A DNA stretch of 64,000 nt from an uncultured Armatimonadia bacterium (GTDB lineage: Bacteria > Armatimonadota > Zipacnadia > CAVVLO01), in assembly GCA_963749155.1 (NCBI GenBank), contig CAVVLO010000002.1:928001-992000 (forward strand), in the 5' to 3' direction. A program made the translations under genes and the position numbers. The notes under the pieces were generated by a model. It was not told the DNA's origin and made no database searches. It worked only from the letters and a program-made list of their open reading frames with translations. Shown piece by piece: positions 39,479-49,233 of the stretch (the stretch's first letter is position 1; every line of letters starts with the position of its first letter).

Positions 39479-40291
39479 ATGAGTTTGCAGCGTCCCTTGC
39501 CTTCTGATGAGCGGCTAGACTGTCTTCGGGCTCGCCTGCGGGCTACGGGAGGCTGCGTTGTCGCCTTCTCGGGTGGGGTTGACAGCACCCTTCTGGCTGC
39601 AGTCGCCCTGGCCGAACTCGGTGACAAGTGCCTGTTTGCCTTTGTAAAGACCGCCTTCATCACCGAGAAAGAAGCTCAAGAGGCCGAAGTGCTTGCCCGG
39701 CGCCTGGGTGGTCGGCTGGTAAGGGTCGAACTCGATCCACTGGACTTGCCTCAGGTCGCCGCCAATGACAGGCTGCGTTGTTATTTTTGCAAACGCGCGC
39801 TGATGACCGAACTCAAGGTGTTAGCCGCCAGAGAAGGCTTGCATGCCGTGGTCGAAGGTAGCAATGCTGATGATCAACAAGCTTATCGCCCAGGAAAGAA
39901 AGCTCTCGAAGAACTGGGCATAATTTCTCCCCTGGCCGAGTGCGGTCTTACCAAGCAAGTTATCCGCGAGTTGGCCCTCGCCCTTGAATTACCCAACTGG
40001 CAGCGCCCCTCGCTCCCTTGCCTGGCGACCCGGTTTCCATACGACACTCTCCTTACGCCAGAGGCGCTGGCGCAGGTTGCCGAGGCAGAAGCCTTGCTGC
40101 GCGAGCTAGGATTTGGTGACTTCCGGGTACGTGTCGATGGCGGACTGGCGCGGATAGAAGTACCCGTCGACCAGATGTCTCGCTTGCTGGCACCGGAGGT
40201 GCGGGGCAGGATTCTGGAAAAACTCAGAGAATTGGGTTATAAATACGTGACTTGCGACCTGGCCGGATTTAGATCGGGCAGTTATGACTGA
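39479..40291 (+). CDS. larE: LarE-family ATP-dependent sulfur transferase (PP-loop)
   Basis: VAFSGGVDS, RCYFCK, GSNADD...RPG, PCLATRFPY, RVR....ARIEV, DLAGFRSGS. Confidence 0.9.
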   Translation: MSLQRPLPSDERLDCLRARLRATGGCVVAFSGGVDSTLLAAVALAELGDKCLFAFVKTAFITEKEAQEAEVLARRLGGRLVRVELDPLDLPQVAANDRLRCYFCKRALMTELKVLAAREGLHAVVEGSNADDQQAYRPGKKALEELGIISPLAECGLTKQVIRELALALELPNWQRPSLPCLATRFPYDTLLTPEALAQVAEAEALLRELGFGDFRVRVDGGLARIEVPVDQMSRLLAPEVRGRILEKLRELGYKYVTCDLAGFRSGSYD

Positions 40292-40311
40292 CACCACTCG
40301 GGAGGCTTCCC

Positions 40312-41903
40312 GTGATAGCGAATCTGCGTCTTGCAGGCGTTGAGCCCGCGGACGCGGCTGAAGTAGTTAGCTGCCACGCGCTGGTTATCGGCTCTGGCGT
40401 TGCGGGACTTACCGTCGCCTTGAGGCTGAGCCAGCTTGGCGATGTGGTGGTTGTTACCAAGCAGCGCCTGGCTGAAACCACAACCGAATACGCCCAGGGG
40501 GGCGTCGCCTGCGTCTGGTCTACTGAGGATTCCTTCGACTTGCATATCTCGGACACCCTGGTGGCGGGCGATGGCCTGTGCAGTGAACCCGCCGTCCGGG
40601 TGCTGGTAACCGAGGGGCCAGCTAGTGTCCACCGACTCATCCAGCTTGGCGCCGATTTTGACGAGAAAGAAGGCGAACTGGATCTAACCCGCGAGGCCGC
40701 GCATAGCAGGCGACGTATCCTGCATGCCAGGGGCGATGCCACTGGCGCCGAGATCCAGACCACCCTCTCCCGAGCTGCTCTCGCAAATCCCAATCTTGCC
40801 CTGCGTGAATACGAATTTCTGCTTGAACTGCTTACTCACGAAGGCCGCGTTGTCGGCGCTCTCACCGTAGACCAGCGCACCCACAAACTGATCTTGTACA
40901 AGACTTCCACTATTGTGCTTTGCACAGGCGGGCTGGGCCAGGTGTTCCGTTACACCACCAACCCGAGCGTCGCCACTGGAGATGGCCTGGCAGCAGCTTA
41001 CAGAGCCGGCGCCGAGGTTGCCGACCTCGAGTTTGTTCAGTTTCACCCGACCGCCCTGGGTGTACCGACGAAGGACCACCGTATAGCGCTGGTCTCAGAA
41101 TCGGTGCGAGGCGAGGGGGCCTTGCTTCGCAACTGCAACGGCGAACTCTTTATGGCGAGTTACCATCCCGAAGCCGAACTGGCCCCTCGCGATGTCGTTG
41201 CGCGCGCCATAGTCCTCGAAAAACAGCGCACTGGCTGCGATACCATCTATCTGGATATGCGCGAGATGGAAGGTGATGTGGCAACTCGCTTCCCCACAAT
41301 TACCCAGTCCTGCCTCGACGTGGGGCTTAACCCTGCCAAGGTGCTGATTCCCGTTATGCCTGTCGCCCATTATCATATGGGAGGCATCATCGTGGACAGA
41401 TATGGTCGGGCCAGCCTGCAAGGCCTTTACGCCAGTGGCGAAGTCACCTGCACTGGCGTGCATGGCGCCAACCGGCTTGCCTCCAACTCAATGCTCGAGG
41501 CGATGGTCTTCTCGGACCGGATAGCCAGCTATCTTGAGCAAGGAAGGGCTTTCAGCTCCCGAAGCCAGCTTGCCAAGTCTGACCCAGGCCAACCAGGAAG
41601 ACAGCTCAAGGGATTGGCGAAGAGACTCTTGCCGAGTTGCAGCAGCTAAACTGGGAAAAACTCGGTATCCTGCGTGATGGAGAAGGGTTGAAATCCGCCC
41701 TTGAAAGGCTGGATACACTGGCCTGGAAGCTGTGTCCTGATTTGTCCAGTATAAAAGGGCTTGAAGTGCTGAACGTGGCGCTCGTGGGCCGTTTGATGGC
41801 AGAAAGCGCTTTGGCGCGCACCGAAAGTCGAGGCGCCCATTATCGACTGGATTATCCCCAGCGAGACGATAAACACTGGCATATCCGGCTTCTGCACGCC
41901 TAG
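40312..41903 (+). CDS. nadB: L-aspartate oxidase; frameshift between about 41545 and 41637
   Basis: GSGVAG, YAQGG, REAAHS.RRILH, QFHPT, SESVRGEG, LAPRD, HYHMGG, HGANRLASNS; C-terminal R.ESRGAHYR.DYP in ORF 41637-41903. Confidence 0.93.
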
Positions 41904-41958
41904 GCCAGCCAGCGCGACGCGTGTCCCTGGATTATCCGCTGAGTGAAGGTGAAGAACA

Positions 41959-42456
41959 GTGACGAATCCGAGTTACTCCACCGTGATTGGCATAGAACAG
42001 TCAGGTGAACGTACCCAGATAATCAGGAGACCTGGTGTAATCAGCATCGTCGTTTACACCGCGACAGGTGCGGTCGAACTGGCCAAAGTGTTTGGCGCGC
42101 TTGCCGATCGCGAGGTCTCGATTATGGTTATGCAGCTTGGAGAAGGTTATGCCAGCTTCGTGGTGGACTCCAAACTGAGGGAGCAGGCGCGCATCGCACT
42201 CGAGGGACTAGGCAAGGAGTTCCGCCTGAGCGATGATCGCACCATCGTCAGCATAAGAGCCAGCAATATGCGCGAGGCCTCTGGCATTATGTATCGCATC
42301 GCGCGCGCCTTGAAGAGAGCCGAGGCCAAAGTAGATTTGATAGGCGATTCTTATAACTCGGTGTCCTGTCTGATTGACGACTCGACGGTAGAGCAAACCT
42401 ACCAGGAGCTTTGTGCCGAGTTTCCGCAGGACGGCGAGTGTGGTGAGGAAGAATGA
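41959..42456 (+). CDS. Stand-alone tandem ACT-domain protein (aspartokinase regulatory-subunit-like)
   Basis: VFGALADREVSI and VSI....M....GIM.RI..AL......I.DS..S.SCLI match aspartokinase C-terminal ACT domains; ATGA overlap with the aspartokinase. Confidence 0.8.
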   Translation: MTNPSYSTVIGIEQSGERTQIIRRPGVISIVVYTATGAVELAKVFGALADREVSIMVMQLGEGYASFVVDSKLREQARIALEGLGKEFRLSDDRTIVSIRASNMREASGIMYRIARALKRAEAKVDLIGDSYNSVSCLIDDSTVEQTYQELCAEFPQDGECGEEE

Positions 42457-43863
42457 CGCAGGCTGAAGGTAGCAAAGGGATAGTAATCCAGAAGTTTGGT
42501 GGCACCTCGGTCGCCACCCAACAGGCGCGTTCGGCTGCCATAGAGCGTATTGAACAGGCCTTGCGCGAGGGTTATCAACCCGTCGTAGTTGTCTCCGCGA
42601 TAGGCCGTATGGGCCAGCCTTACGCCACCGATACGCTTATCTCGCTGACCAATGAGATAGGCCCCAACATCGCCCGGCGCGAACTCGACATACTGATGGC
42701 CTGTGGCGAGTTAATCTCCATTGCGATAATGGCTCACCAAATCCAGACGGAACTGCAGATTCCAACGATTGCCCTAACTGGAGGGCAGTCAGGCATCGTA
42801 ACGGATGCGAATTTCGGCAAAGCCAAGATCCTGCAAATAAATCCGGCCCATATCCATCACCATCTTGAAAACGGCGAGATCTGCGTCGTGGCGGGCTTCC
42901 AGGGTGTCACGGAAGCCTTCGGCGAGGGAATCAATGGCAGCATCACAACGCTGGGACGCGGGGGCAGTGATACTACAGCCTCGGCTCTTGGAGCGGCCCT
43001 TGGCGCCACCAATGTCGAAATCTACACCGATGTCGAAGGGGTATTCACAGCCGATCCCAGCGTAGTCAAATCAGCTACGCCTATCCCCGAAGTCACCTAT
43101 GATGAAGTCTGCGAGATGGCTTATCAGGGTGCAAAAGTAGTGCATCCCCGCGCTGTGGAGATCGCCAAACGTTTCAATGTGCCGATGACAGTGCGCAGCA
43201 CTTTTTCTGGCGCGCCAGGCACCCGGGTGGTTGCCGTCGCCCCTGACCAGATGGACCAGGTCGTAGAGGACAGGCAGGTCAGCGGTATCGTCGAATTCGG
43301 GCCAGGTGCGCCTGATAGAGTTGCACTTTAACTCGCTGGACGAGAAGCTCACCCGAGAACAGGTGGCCTTAGTGGCCTCCGAGGCCGAACTCGAGACTTA
43401 TCGTCTGCTGGGCGAGGCGGGCATCAACCTGTATTTCGTGGCCAAGAGTGGCGGCACAATCCGCTTCGTGGTAAGCAATGATCAGATAGCTCAACTTGGC
43501 GCGCGTTTCAACGGGATGACGGTGCCTCTCAGCACCACAGGGGACAAGCCAGTGCTTGGCCTGCTCAGGTGCGGCAGCAGAGAGGGGCGTTTCTCCACTC
43601 AGGGCGCCGCCTTTGCCGACAGCGGTTTCGCTCTGCTGGAGCTGGAACTGCGCCTGGCCGAGCGTTGCCGGATAGTCAGTGTCATCGGGCCGGATCTCCA
43701 GCGGGTGCCTGGCATCATCGCGCGCGCGGCGGCGGCTTTGGCCAGAGAGGATTTGCCCATCCTGCAGACTTCAGGCTCGAAGCGCGCCTTCTCGATGCTG
43801 ATGAGCGAACAGGATAGTCAGACCGCCTTGCAGGTGCTCCACGACGAGTTCTTCAATAACTAG
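42453..43863 (+). CDS. Aspartate kinase (DapG-like); frameshift near 43300
   Basis: QKFGGTS, VVSA.GR...YATDTL, GE..S, VAGFQG, TLGRGGSDTTA, TDV.GV.TADP, GAKV.HPRA; ACT domains in ORF 43306-43863. Confidence 0.92.
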
Positions 43864-44258
43864 CGATTGGAAGAGGGATGTTGCGCGAGGTAACGCTCCA
43901 GCAACAATACCGCAACATAGTCGTCTATCGGCCCCGGGGGCGTCTGCAGCGAAACTGGCAGCAGGCGCCTCCAGCCTTTTGGAGGATTTTCCACGAAATA
44001 GCGCTTCCGGGCGAGCAAGGTCGTCTCTCGTTCATCCACCAGGGTGACTGGAATACCGGAAGCCTCGGCAAGCCCCTGGGCAAGAGGCTTGTGCCCTGTA
44101 CCCGCACCTACTATCACCGCTGACAATTGCCCTTTATGCCCAGCAGCGAAAACCAGCAGGTCCCCAGGAGACAGGATGCCTCGTTCAAGCAGACGCCCTT
44201 CCGAATCAGCCAGGGCATATCCCGCCTTCTGAGTGCCTGGGTCGACGGCAAGGATCAT
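43860..44258 (-). CDS. YqgF/RuvX-like RNase H-fold protein
   Basis: LAVDPG..K.G.A, VDERETT..AR, IDDY.A. Confidence 0.8.
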   Translation of the reverse strand: MILAVDPGTQKAGYALADSEGRLLERGILSPGDLLVFAAGHKGQLSAVIVGAGTGHKPLAQGLAEASGIPVTLVDERETTLLARKRYFVENPPKGWRRLLPVSLQTPPGPIDDYVAVLLLERYLAQHPSSNR

Positions 44259-45853
44259 TAGTTAGCCTCGGGCTGGGCGGGCGGGGCAGCGGGCTGCACG
44301 GTGAAGTCGAGTTCGACAGGCTGCAAGGTGCGGTTCAGCTTGCGAGCTTTGATACCTACATCTACCGGCCCGGTCTGGTCGATTATGAGGTCCAGCACCT
44401 CGAGCAATTGCTCCCCCGGCACTACGCCATGAGTTTCTTGCGTGGCCGCATAGGGATCGCGTTCTACTATCCTGGCGCGAACGCGCTCGGAGATAGTCTG
44501 GGCCAGCCTGTCATAGAGCCGGGGCAGTGGCCAGTCGGGTTGGACCCTCACTGTCGCGAGCACTTCGCCCTCGGTAAAGAGCACCCGGTCGGGCACGAGC
44601 TGAAGCCTCACAGGGACTGTCTCGCCCCGCACAGTGTTAATGACGCAGACAAGCTGAACCACAGAATCCTCGCCGAGGTCGCCCATCAGGGTCGCAATAT
44701 GGGCCTCGGCTTTTTCGCCAGTCAGCGCCTGGGCTTGTTCGCCAGGAGCGCCTACCGCTATCAGGATAAGTTGGGGCTGGTCGCCAGTCGTCGGACCCGT
44801 AGCCTTGGTGGCGTTGTCCAGCGCGGTCTGCCAGAGCTTCTTCGCCTGGTCGCGCACATACCATTGAGGGGAAGACTGCTTGATACGCGTATCGGCGACG
44901 ACATCCAGCGGTTTGAGGACAATCGTGCCAGCGCGCATCCCAAGCAACTCGGCGACCGTCTGCCTTGCCATTAGTGAAGCCTCGGCAAGCTGTTGCTGAT
45001 AATGCGTAACCTGGGCCTGGAGGCTTTCGGCTTCCTGTTCGAGGGCGCGACGCCGTTCTTCAAGTGCCTGGTTGCGGGCCTGGGTAGTGGTGAGCTGCTC
45101 TTGCGTAGCAACAAGCTCGGCGCTGGTGTGAGCAAGCTGCTGGCGAGAACTGGCAAGCTCTACCCGCTGCGTGTCGAGTTCGGCTCGGACCATCTCCAAA
45201 GCGATTGTTTCTCGGTCCAGCGACTTGGAGAGATCATCCATCTGCAGCCTGGCGCCTGCGAGCTGGCCAAGTGAGGCCTGTAATTCCTTTTCGCGCGCTG
45301 CCACAAGCTGTTCGGTGGATTTCAAGTCCTTTTCGAGCTTGGTCTGCAACACCCCAAGTTGCTTGTTGCGGCTGGCCAGGGTCGCATTCTGCTTCTTTAG
45401 GGCCACCAGACTGGATTGAAGCCGCTTGTACTGGGCGCGCGTTGACTCAAGGCTTGCCTTCATCGTAGCCAGTTGCTTGCGCTCACTCTCGAGTTCGGTC
45501 TTGAGCCCCTGGCTGCTGGCCTCGAGTTCGCTTAGCTTCTCCTGGCTGGTTGTAAGGTGAAACTGGGTGCGTTCGACCTGGAATTGAAGCTGTTTTTGCT
45601 CGGTCAACAACTGGTTGATGTGGAAAAGCCCCATCCTGGCCTGGCTGGAAAGTGCCAGCATGACAATCAGGGTGAAGATTGTGATAGCCATACCGACCGC
45701 GACGCTGATGAGGGTAGCCGTTGTACGAGGCCTGAGACCAAAAAGAGAGAGGCGTTTTTTGCCCAGCCTGTATCCGAGCAGGTCGCCCAGGTAGGCGATA
45801 CCCCCACTAACGATCACCAATATTACAAGCAATAACCAGCCTTGGGCTTCCAT
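44258..45853 (-). CDS. DUF3084 membrane-anchored coiled-coil protein
   Basis: GGIAYLGD.LG...GKKRLSLFGLRPR.TA signature, long heptad region, globular C-terminus. Confidence 0.88.
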   Translation of the reverse strand: MEAQGWLLLVILVIVSGGIAYLGDLLGYRLGKKRLSLFGLRPRTTATLISVAVGMAITIFTLIVMLALSSQARMGLFHINQLLTEQKQLQFQVERTQFHLTTSQEKLSELEASSQGLKTELESERKQLATMKASLESTRAQYKRLQSSLVALKKQNATLASRNKQLGVLQTKLEKDLKSTEQLVAAREKELQASLGQLAGARLQMDDLSKSLDRETIALEMVRAELDTQRVELASSRQQLAHTSAELVATQEQLTTTQARNQALEERRRALEQEAESLQAQVTHYQQQLAEASLMARQTVAELLGMRAGTIVLKPLDVVADTRIKQSSPQWYVRDQAKKLWQTALDNATKATGPTTGDQPQLILIAVGAPGEQAQALTGEKAEAHIATLMGDLGEDSVVQLVCVINTVRGETVPVRLQLVPDRVLFTEGEVLATVRVQPDWPLPRLYDRLAQTISERVRARIVERDPYAATQETHGVVPGEQLLEVLDLIIDQTGPVDVGIKARKLNRTLQPVELDFTVQPAAPPAQPEAN

Positions 45854-45865
45854 CTGCTCCGCGAC

Positions 45866-46996
45866 TCAGTTGTTGGCTCGCCAGGCCAGCACAAGTCCAG
45901 CTGCGGCGAACACGAAATTGGCAAGCCAGGCGGCAATGAAAGGTTCGAGCCGGCCTGACTGACCCAGTATGTCACTAAAATGCATTACCAGGTAATAACC
46001 AAAAATGATCAGCACCGAAAGCCCCAGGCCAAGGGATGCCCCTGTCCTGTGTCGCCTGACTCCGAGTGGAGCGCCAATCATCACAAATACCAGACAAGTA
46101 AAAGGCAGTGACGTACGCGTGTAGAGCTGGGTCTTTAGTTCCAAAAATTCCGGCGTTTTCAAACTGGCCGCTGTAGCAGCAACCGAGAGTTCGTTTAGCC
46201 GGCGCCTCAATTCGACGAAGGTCATCTCCTCAGGTGACTTGGCCCTGGTGAGCAAGTCCTCGGGCTTTGCCTGTAACTGTTGGGTCAGCCTGGCAATCTT
46301 CGCCGTAATGGGTTTCTGGTCCGGATTCTGGCTTGTGACCAACTCGACCAAAGTGCAATCGGTAAGCACCCAGTCGGTGCCTTGCCATTCGGCTTTGGCT
46401 GCGGTCACGAGCGCTGCCGGTTCTTCCCTCTCATCGTAGTGTACCAGCGTAACTTTGTTAAGCACCAAAGCTTTGGGATCATAAGTGTCAGCAATTACCG
46501 CTTGCTTCAGTTTACCTTCTTTGCGCACCTGGTACATCGCGGAGTCGAGTTTGCCTACCTCATAACCTTTCTGGACCATCCCGGCTTCGAGGTAGGTTAG
46601 CCTCAAACTGGCCCGGGGCACCAGTACCTCGGTAAACATCAAGGTCAGTAAACTAATCCCCAATCCGAAAAGCAGAGCGGCTCTGCTAATTCTCAGAAAG
46701 CTCGCCCCCGAGGCTTTCAGCGCAGTAACTTCGGCATCGCCTGACATCCGCCCCATTGCAAGCAGGGTACCTAGCAGCATCGCCATCGGAAAGGTGAGCA
46801 CGAGCAGGGCAGGCAGCTTGAGGATCGTGAATTCCAGCGCGACCAGCGCGGGCACGTTTTTTTCGCTGACCATCTGGAGAAATTTGAACAGCAGGTTGCC
46901 CGCTATCAGCAGAGTGCTGAAAGCAGCTACCCCGAACAGGAAATTCGGGGCCAGCTCCTTGGCTACATAGCGGTCCAGTGTCTTCATCAGCAGCAA
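45866..46996 (-). CDS. LPS export ABC permease LptF/LptG (single copy in the window)
   Basis: LDRY, P.A.LLG.LL..GRMS.D.E..AL.ASG.S, AAWL.N; follows lptB. Confidence 0.9.
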   Translation of the reverse strand: MLLMKTLDRYVAKELAPNFLFGVAAFSTLLIAGNLLFKFLQMVSEKNVPALVALEFTILKLPALLVLTFPMAMLLGTLLAMGRMSGDAEVTALKASGASFLRISRAALLFGLGISLLTLMFTEVLVPRASLRLTYLEAGMVQKGYEVGKLDSAMYQVRKEGKLKQAVIADTYDPKALVLNKVTLVHYDEREEPAALVTAAKAEWQGTDWVLTDCTLVELVTSQNPDQKPITAKIARLTQQLQAKPEDLLTRAKSPEEMTFVELRRRLNELSVAATAASLKTPEFLELKTQLYTRTSLPFTCLVFVMIGAPLGVRRHRTGASLGLGLSVLIIFGYYLVMHFSDILGQSGRLEPFIAAWLANFVFAAAGLVLAWRANN

Positions 46997-47018
46997 GCCC
47001 TTGCCAGCGAGTGAGCGC

Positions 47019-47738
47019 TCAGGCTGTGAACCTCTCTCCCAGGTAGAACTTGCGCGCGATGGGGTCGTTGACCAGATCGGCTGGCGTCCCCTCGGTGAGT
47101 ATCTTCCCGTCGTTGATTATGTAACTGCGATCTGTGATCTGGAAGGTCTCGCGCACATTATGGTCTGTCAGCAGCACGCCAATGCCCCGCGCCTTGAGAT
47201 GCAGTATGATGTCCTGGATATCGTTGATTGCGATTGGGTCTACCCCTGTAAAAGGCTCGTCCAGCAGAATGAATTTCGGCTCGATACAAAGAGTACGTGC
47301 TATCTCTACGCGGCGCCTTTCGCCCCCCGAGAGAGCAAAACCCATCTGGTCTTTCAGGTGAGAGATGTGAAACTCCTCGAGCCGGTCAGCTATGATGCCG
47401 TCCTGCTGCTTGCGAGTCAGCCTTTGGAGCTCCAGCACGATACGCAGGTTGTCTTCGACAGAGAGCTTCTTGAAGATGGAGGGCTCCTGGGCCAAATAAC
47501 CCAGTCCTTTCAGCGCCCGGCGGTGCATCGGCAGGCCGGTGAGATTCTCTTCATCCAGCAGGACACGCCCGGCATTTGGCTTTACAGCGCCCATTATCAT
47601 ATAAAAGGTAGTGGTCTTGCCCGCGCCATTTGGACCGAGCAAGCCAACGACCTCTCCTGTGCCTACGCTAACTGAGAGGTCGTCCACTACACGCCGTTTA
47701 CCATAAATTTTGACCAGGTTGTTGCCAGACAAGTTCAT
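47019..47738 (-). CDS. lptB: LPS export ABC ATP-binding protein
   Basis: GPNGAGKTT, GYLAQEPSIF, LSGGERRRVEIAR, TDHNVRET, YLGE.F. Confidence 0.96.
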   Translation of the reverse strand: MNLSGNNLVKIYGKRRVVDDLSVSVGTGEVVGLLGPNGAGKTTTFYMIMGAVKPNAGRVLLDEENLTGLPMHRRALKGLGYLAQEPSIFKKLSVEDNLRIVLELQRLTRKQQDGIIADRLEEFHISHLKDQMGFALSGGERRRVEIARTLCIEPKFILLDEPFTGVDPIAINDIQDIILHLKARGIGVLLTDHNVRETFQITDRSYIINDGKILTEGTPADLVNDPIARKFYLGERFTA

Positions 47739-48691
47739 CCTTGAACCGCCTCTGGCGCCCCTGTTATGAGGCCTTTCTCCACGCGTACCTTGCCCTGGTC
47801 AATCAGAAGGATTATGCGTTCTCCCTTAACCGTTGGAGGGGCTTGACCTTCTTGCTGAGGAGCAAGCTGCAAAGTGACGTTCCCCGTCAGGACGATTTGG
47901 CTCTCGGCAGCGGAATAGGTCGCGTGGTCGGCATGGCCGGTGGCCTTTCGCGTGCCGCCTGAACTGGTCGCAAGCAGTGACTCGACAGTGACGTTACCGG
48001 TAGCCACGGCTGAAGCAAGGTTCGTTCCCTGGCCCATCTCTGCAGTCAGAGAGTCCGCTTGAAGCGTGCCCTCAGGCGCCTTGATGGAAGTTTTTTCCGA
48101 AGCTGTAATCTTGCCGTCCCGCAGAGAATAGCTGAGCTTGCCGGCGGTAAGCGTGCTGGTGGTTGTGCCCTCTCCGTTGCCTGAAACCATAGTCAGGACA
48201 GAGCTGCCTTCGGATGCAAAGAGCTGGTCGCTCTGCGAGTACGTAGCCGAGGGCGCCTTGAGGCTGACCTTGCGCAGCAGACCCAAAATACCTGCCGCGC
48301 GCAGTTCTACGCCTCCACTGAATACCAGGTTGCCGGTATTAGCCAGATATTTCGCAAGACCCGCGGTGCTATGCACGAGAATCTGATTTCCATCGCTGGT
48401 TGTAAATTGCCCATCGAACTGCAGATTGCCCTGAGCCTGGGCGCCCAGGACACTGGAAAGGTCAGAACTAAGGGTGGCTACGACCTCATCACAGGTCATA
48501 CGCCCCTGATCGAGCTTTAGCGCGCAGTTACCAGTCGCCGTAAACTTGTCGTTTTCTATGTCCCACTCGATGAGGTCAGCTTCCAGCGCGCCGTTGCCTA
48601 CCGAGTTGGCTGCAATTGCCAATCCATTGCCAAGCAACATCACGAATCCAATTGCAAGGAGCCCTGCGAGCGCTCTCATTTTTCTCACCAT
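47735..48691 (-). CDS. lptA: Extended LptA/OstA-like periplasmic protein (two repeats)
   Basis: Signal peptide; beta-rich; two A.GN...A.Y......V..G.V.L repeats; between lptC and lptB. Confidence 0.75.
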   Translation of the reverse strand: MVRKMRALAGLLAIGFVMLLGNGLAIAANSVGNGALEADLIEWDIENDKFTATGNCALKLDQGRMTCDEVVATLSSDLSSVLGAQAQGNLQFDGQFTTSDGNQILVHSTAGLAKYLANTGNLVFSGGVELRAAGILGLLRKVSLKAPSATYSQSDQLFASEGSSVLTMVSGNGEGTTTSTLTAGKLSYSLRDGKITASEKTSIKAPEGTLQADSLTAEMGQGTNLASAVATGNVTVESLLATSSGGTRKATGHADHATYSAAESQIVLTGNVTLQLAPQQEGQAPPTVKGERIILLIDQGKVRVEKGLITGAPEAVQG

Positions 48692-49233
48692 GTCACCTTT
48701 GGCGAACCAGACAGGCGCAGTCTGGAGAGCCTGAGATCGCTCTCCAGCTTGCTCGCTGTCAGTTTGGCCCCTTTACGGCTGGCGGTGATACTGCCCTCCG
48801 CTGTAAGTGTATCCGCGCTGAAATCAAAAACCAGCCTGTCAGCCTCAAAACGCAGACCGCGTGTCTGGCTCCAGGCCACAAACTTGCCGGTCAGCGTCAG
48901 GTGGCGCGTTTCTCTGTCGAAGGCAAGTTCTGGCGCGCGCACAAACAAGACCTGCTTGCCGGCTTCCCTGAGGCTCAGTTCTATACCGCTTGCTGTAACC
49001 CTGGGTTGTTCCAGGCCGCCCTCAATTCTATCACAGGCCGCCTGCCACTCCAGCTTGCCATCCGCGCTGGAGCCGGAAAGACTGAGTTTAGTTGCGCTAA
49101 TCTCAGGTTTACCGTCACTACCAGGCCCAGAGGCCGGTTCTGGAGGACGGACAGGCCAAAAAACTACCAGCAGCACCATTACAACAGCCGCCACAATTCC
49201 GCCATAAAGCAGTAGTCTGGTCTGTCTGCTCAT
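48685..49233 (-). CDS. lptC: LptC-like protein
   Basis: Single N-terminal TM, G...W...A motif, beta-jellyroll-like composition, position before lptA. Confidence 0.75.
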   Translation of the reverse strand: MSRQTRLLLYGGIVAAVVMVLLVVFWPVRPPEPASGPGSDGKPEISATKLSLSGSSADGKLEWQAACDRIEGGLEQPRVTASGIELSLREAGKQVLFVRAPELAFDRETRHLTLTGKFVAWSQTRGLRFEADRLVFDFSADTLTAEGSITASRKGAKLTASKLESDLRLSRLRLSGSPKVTW

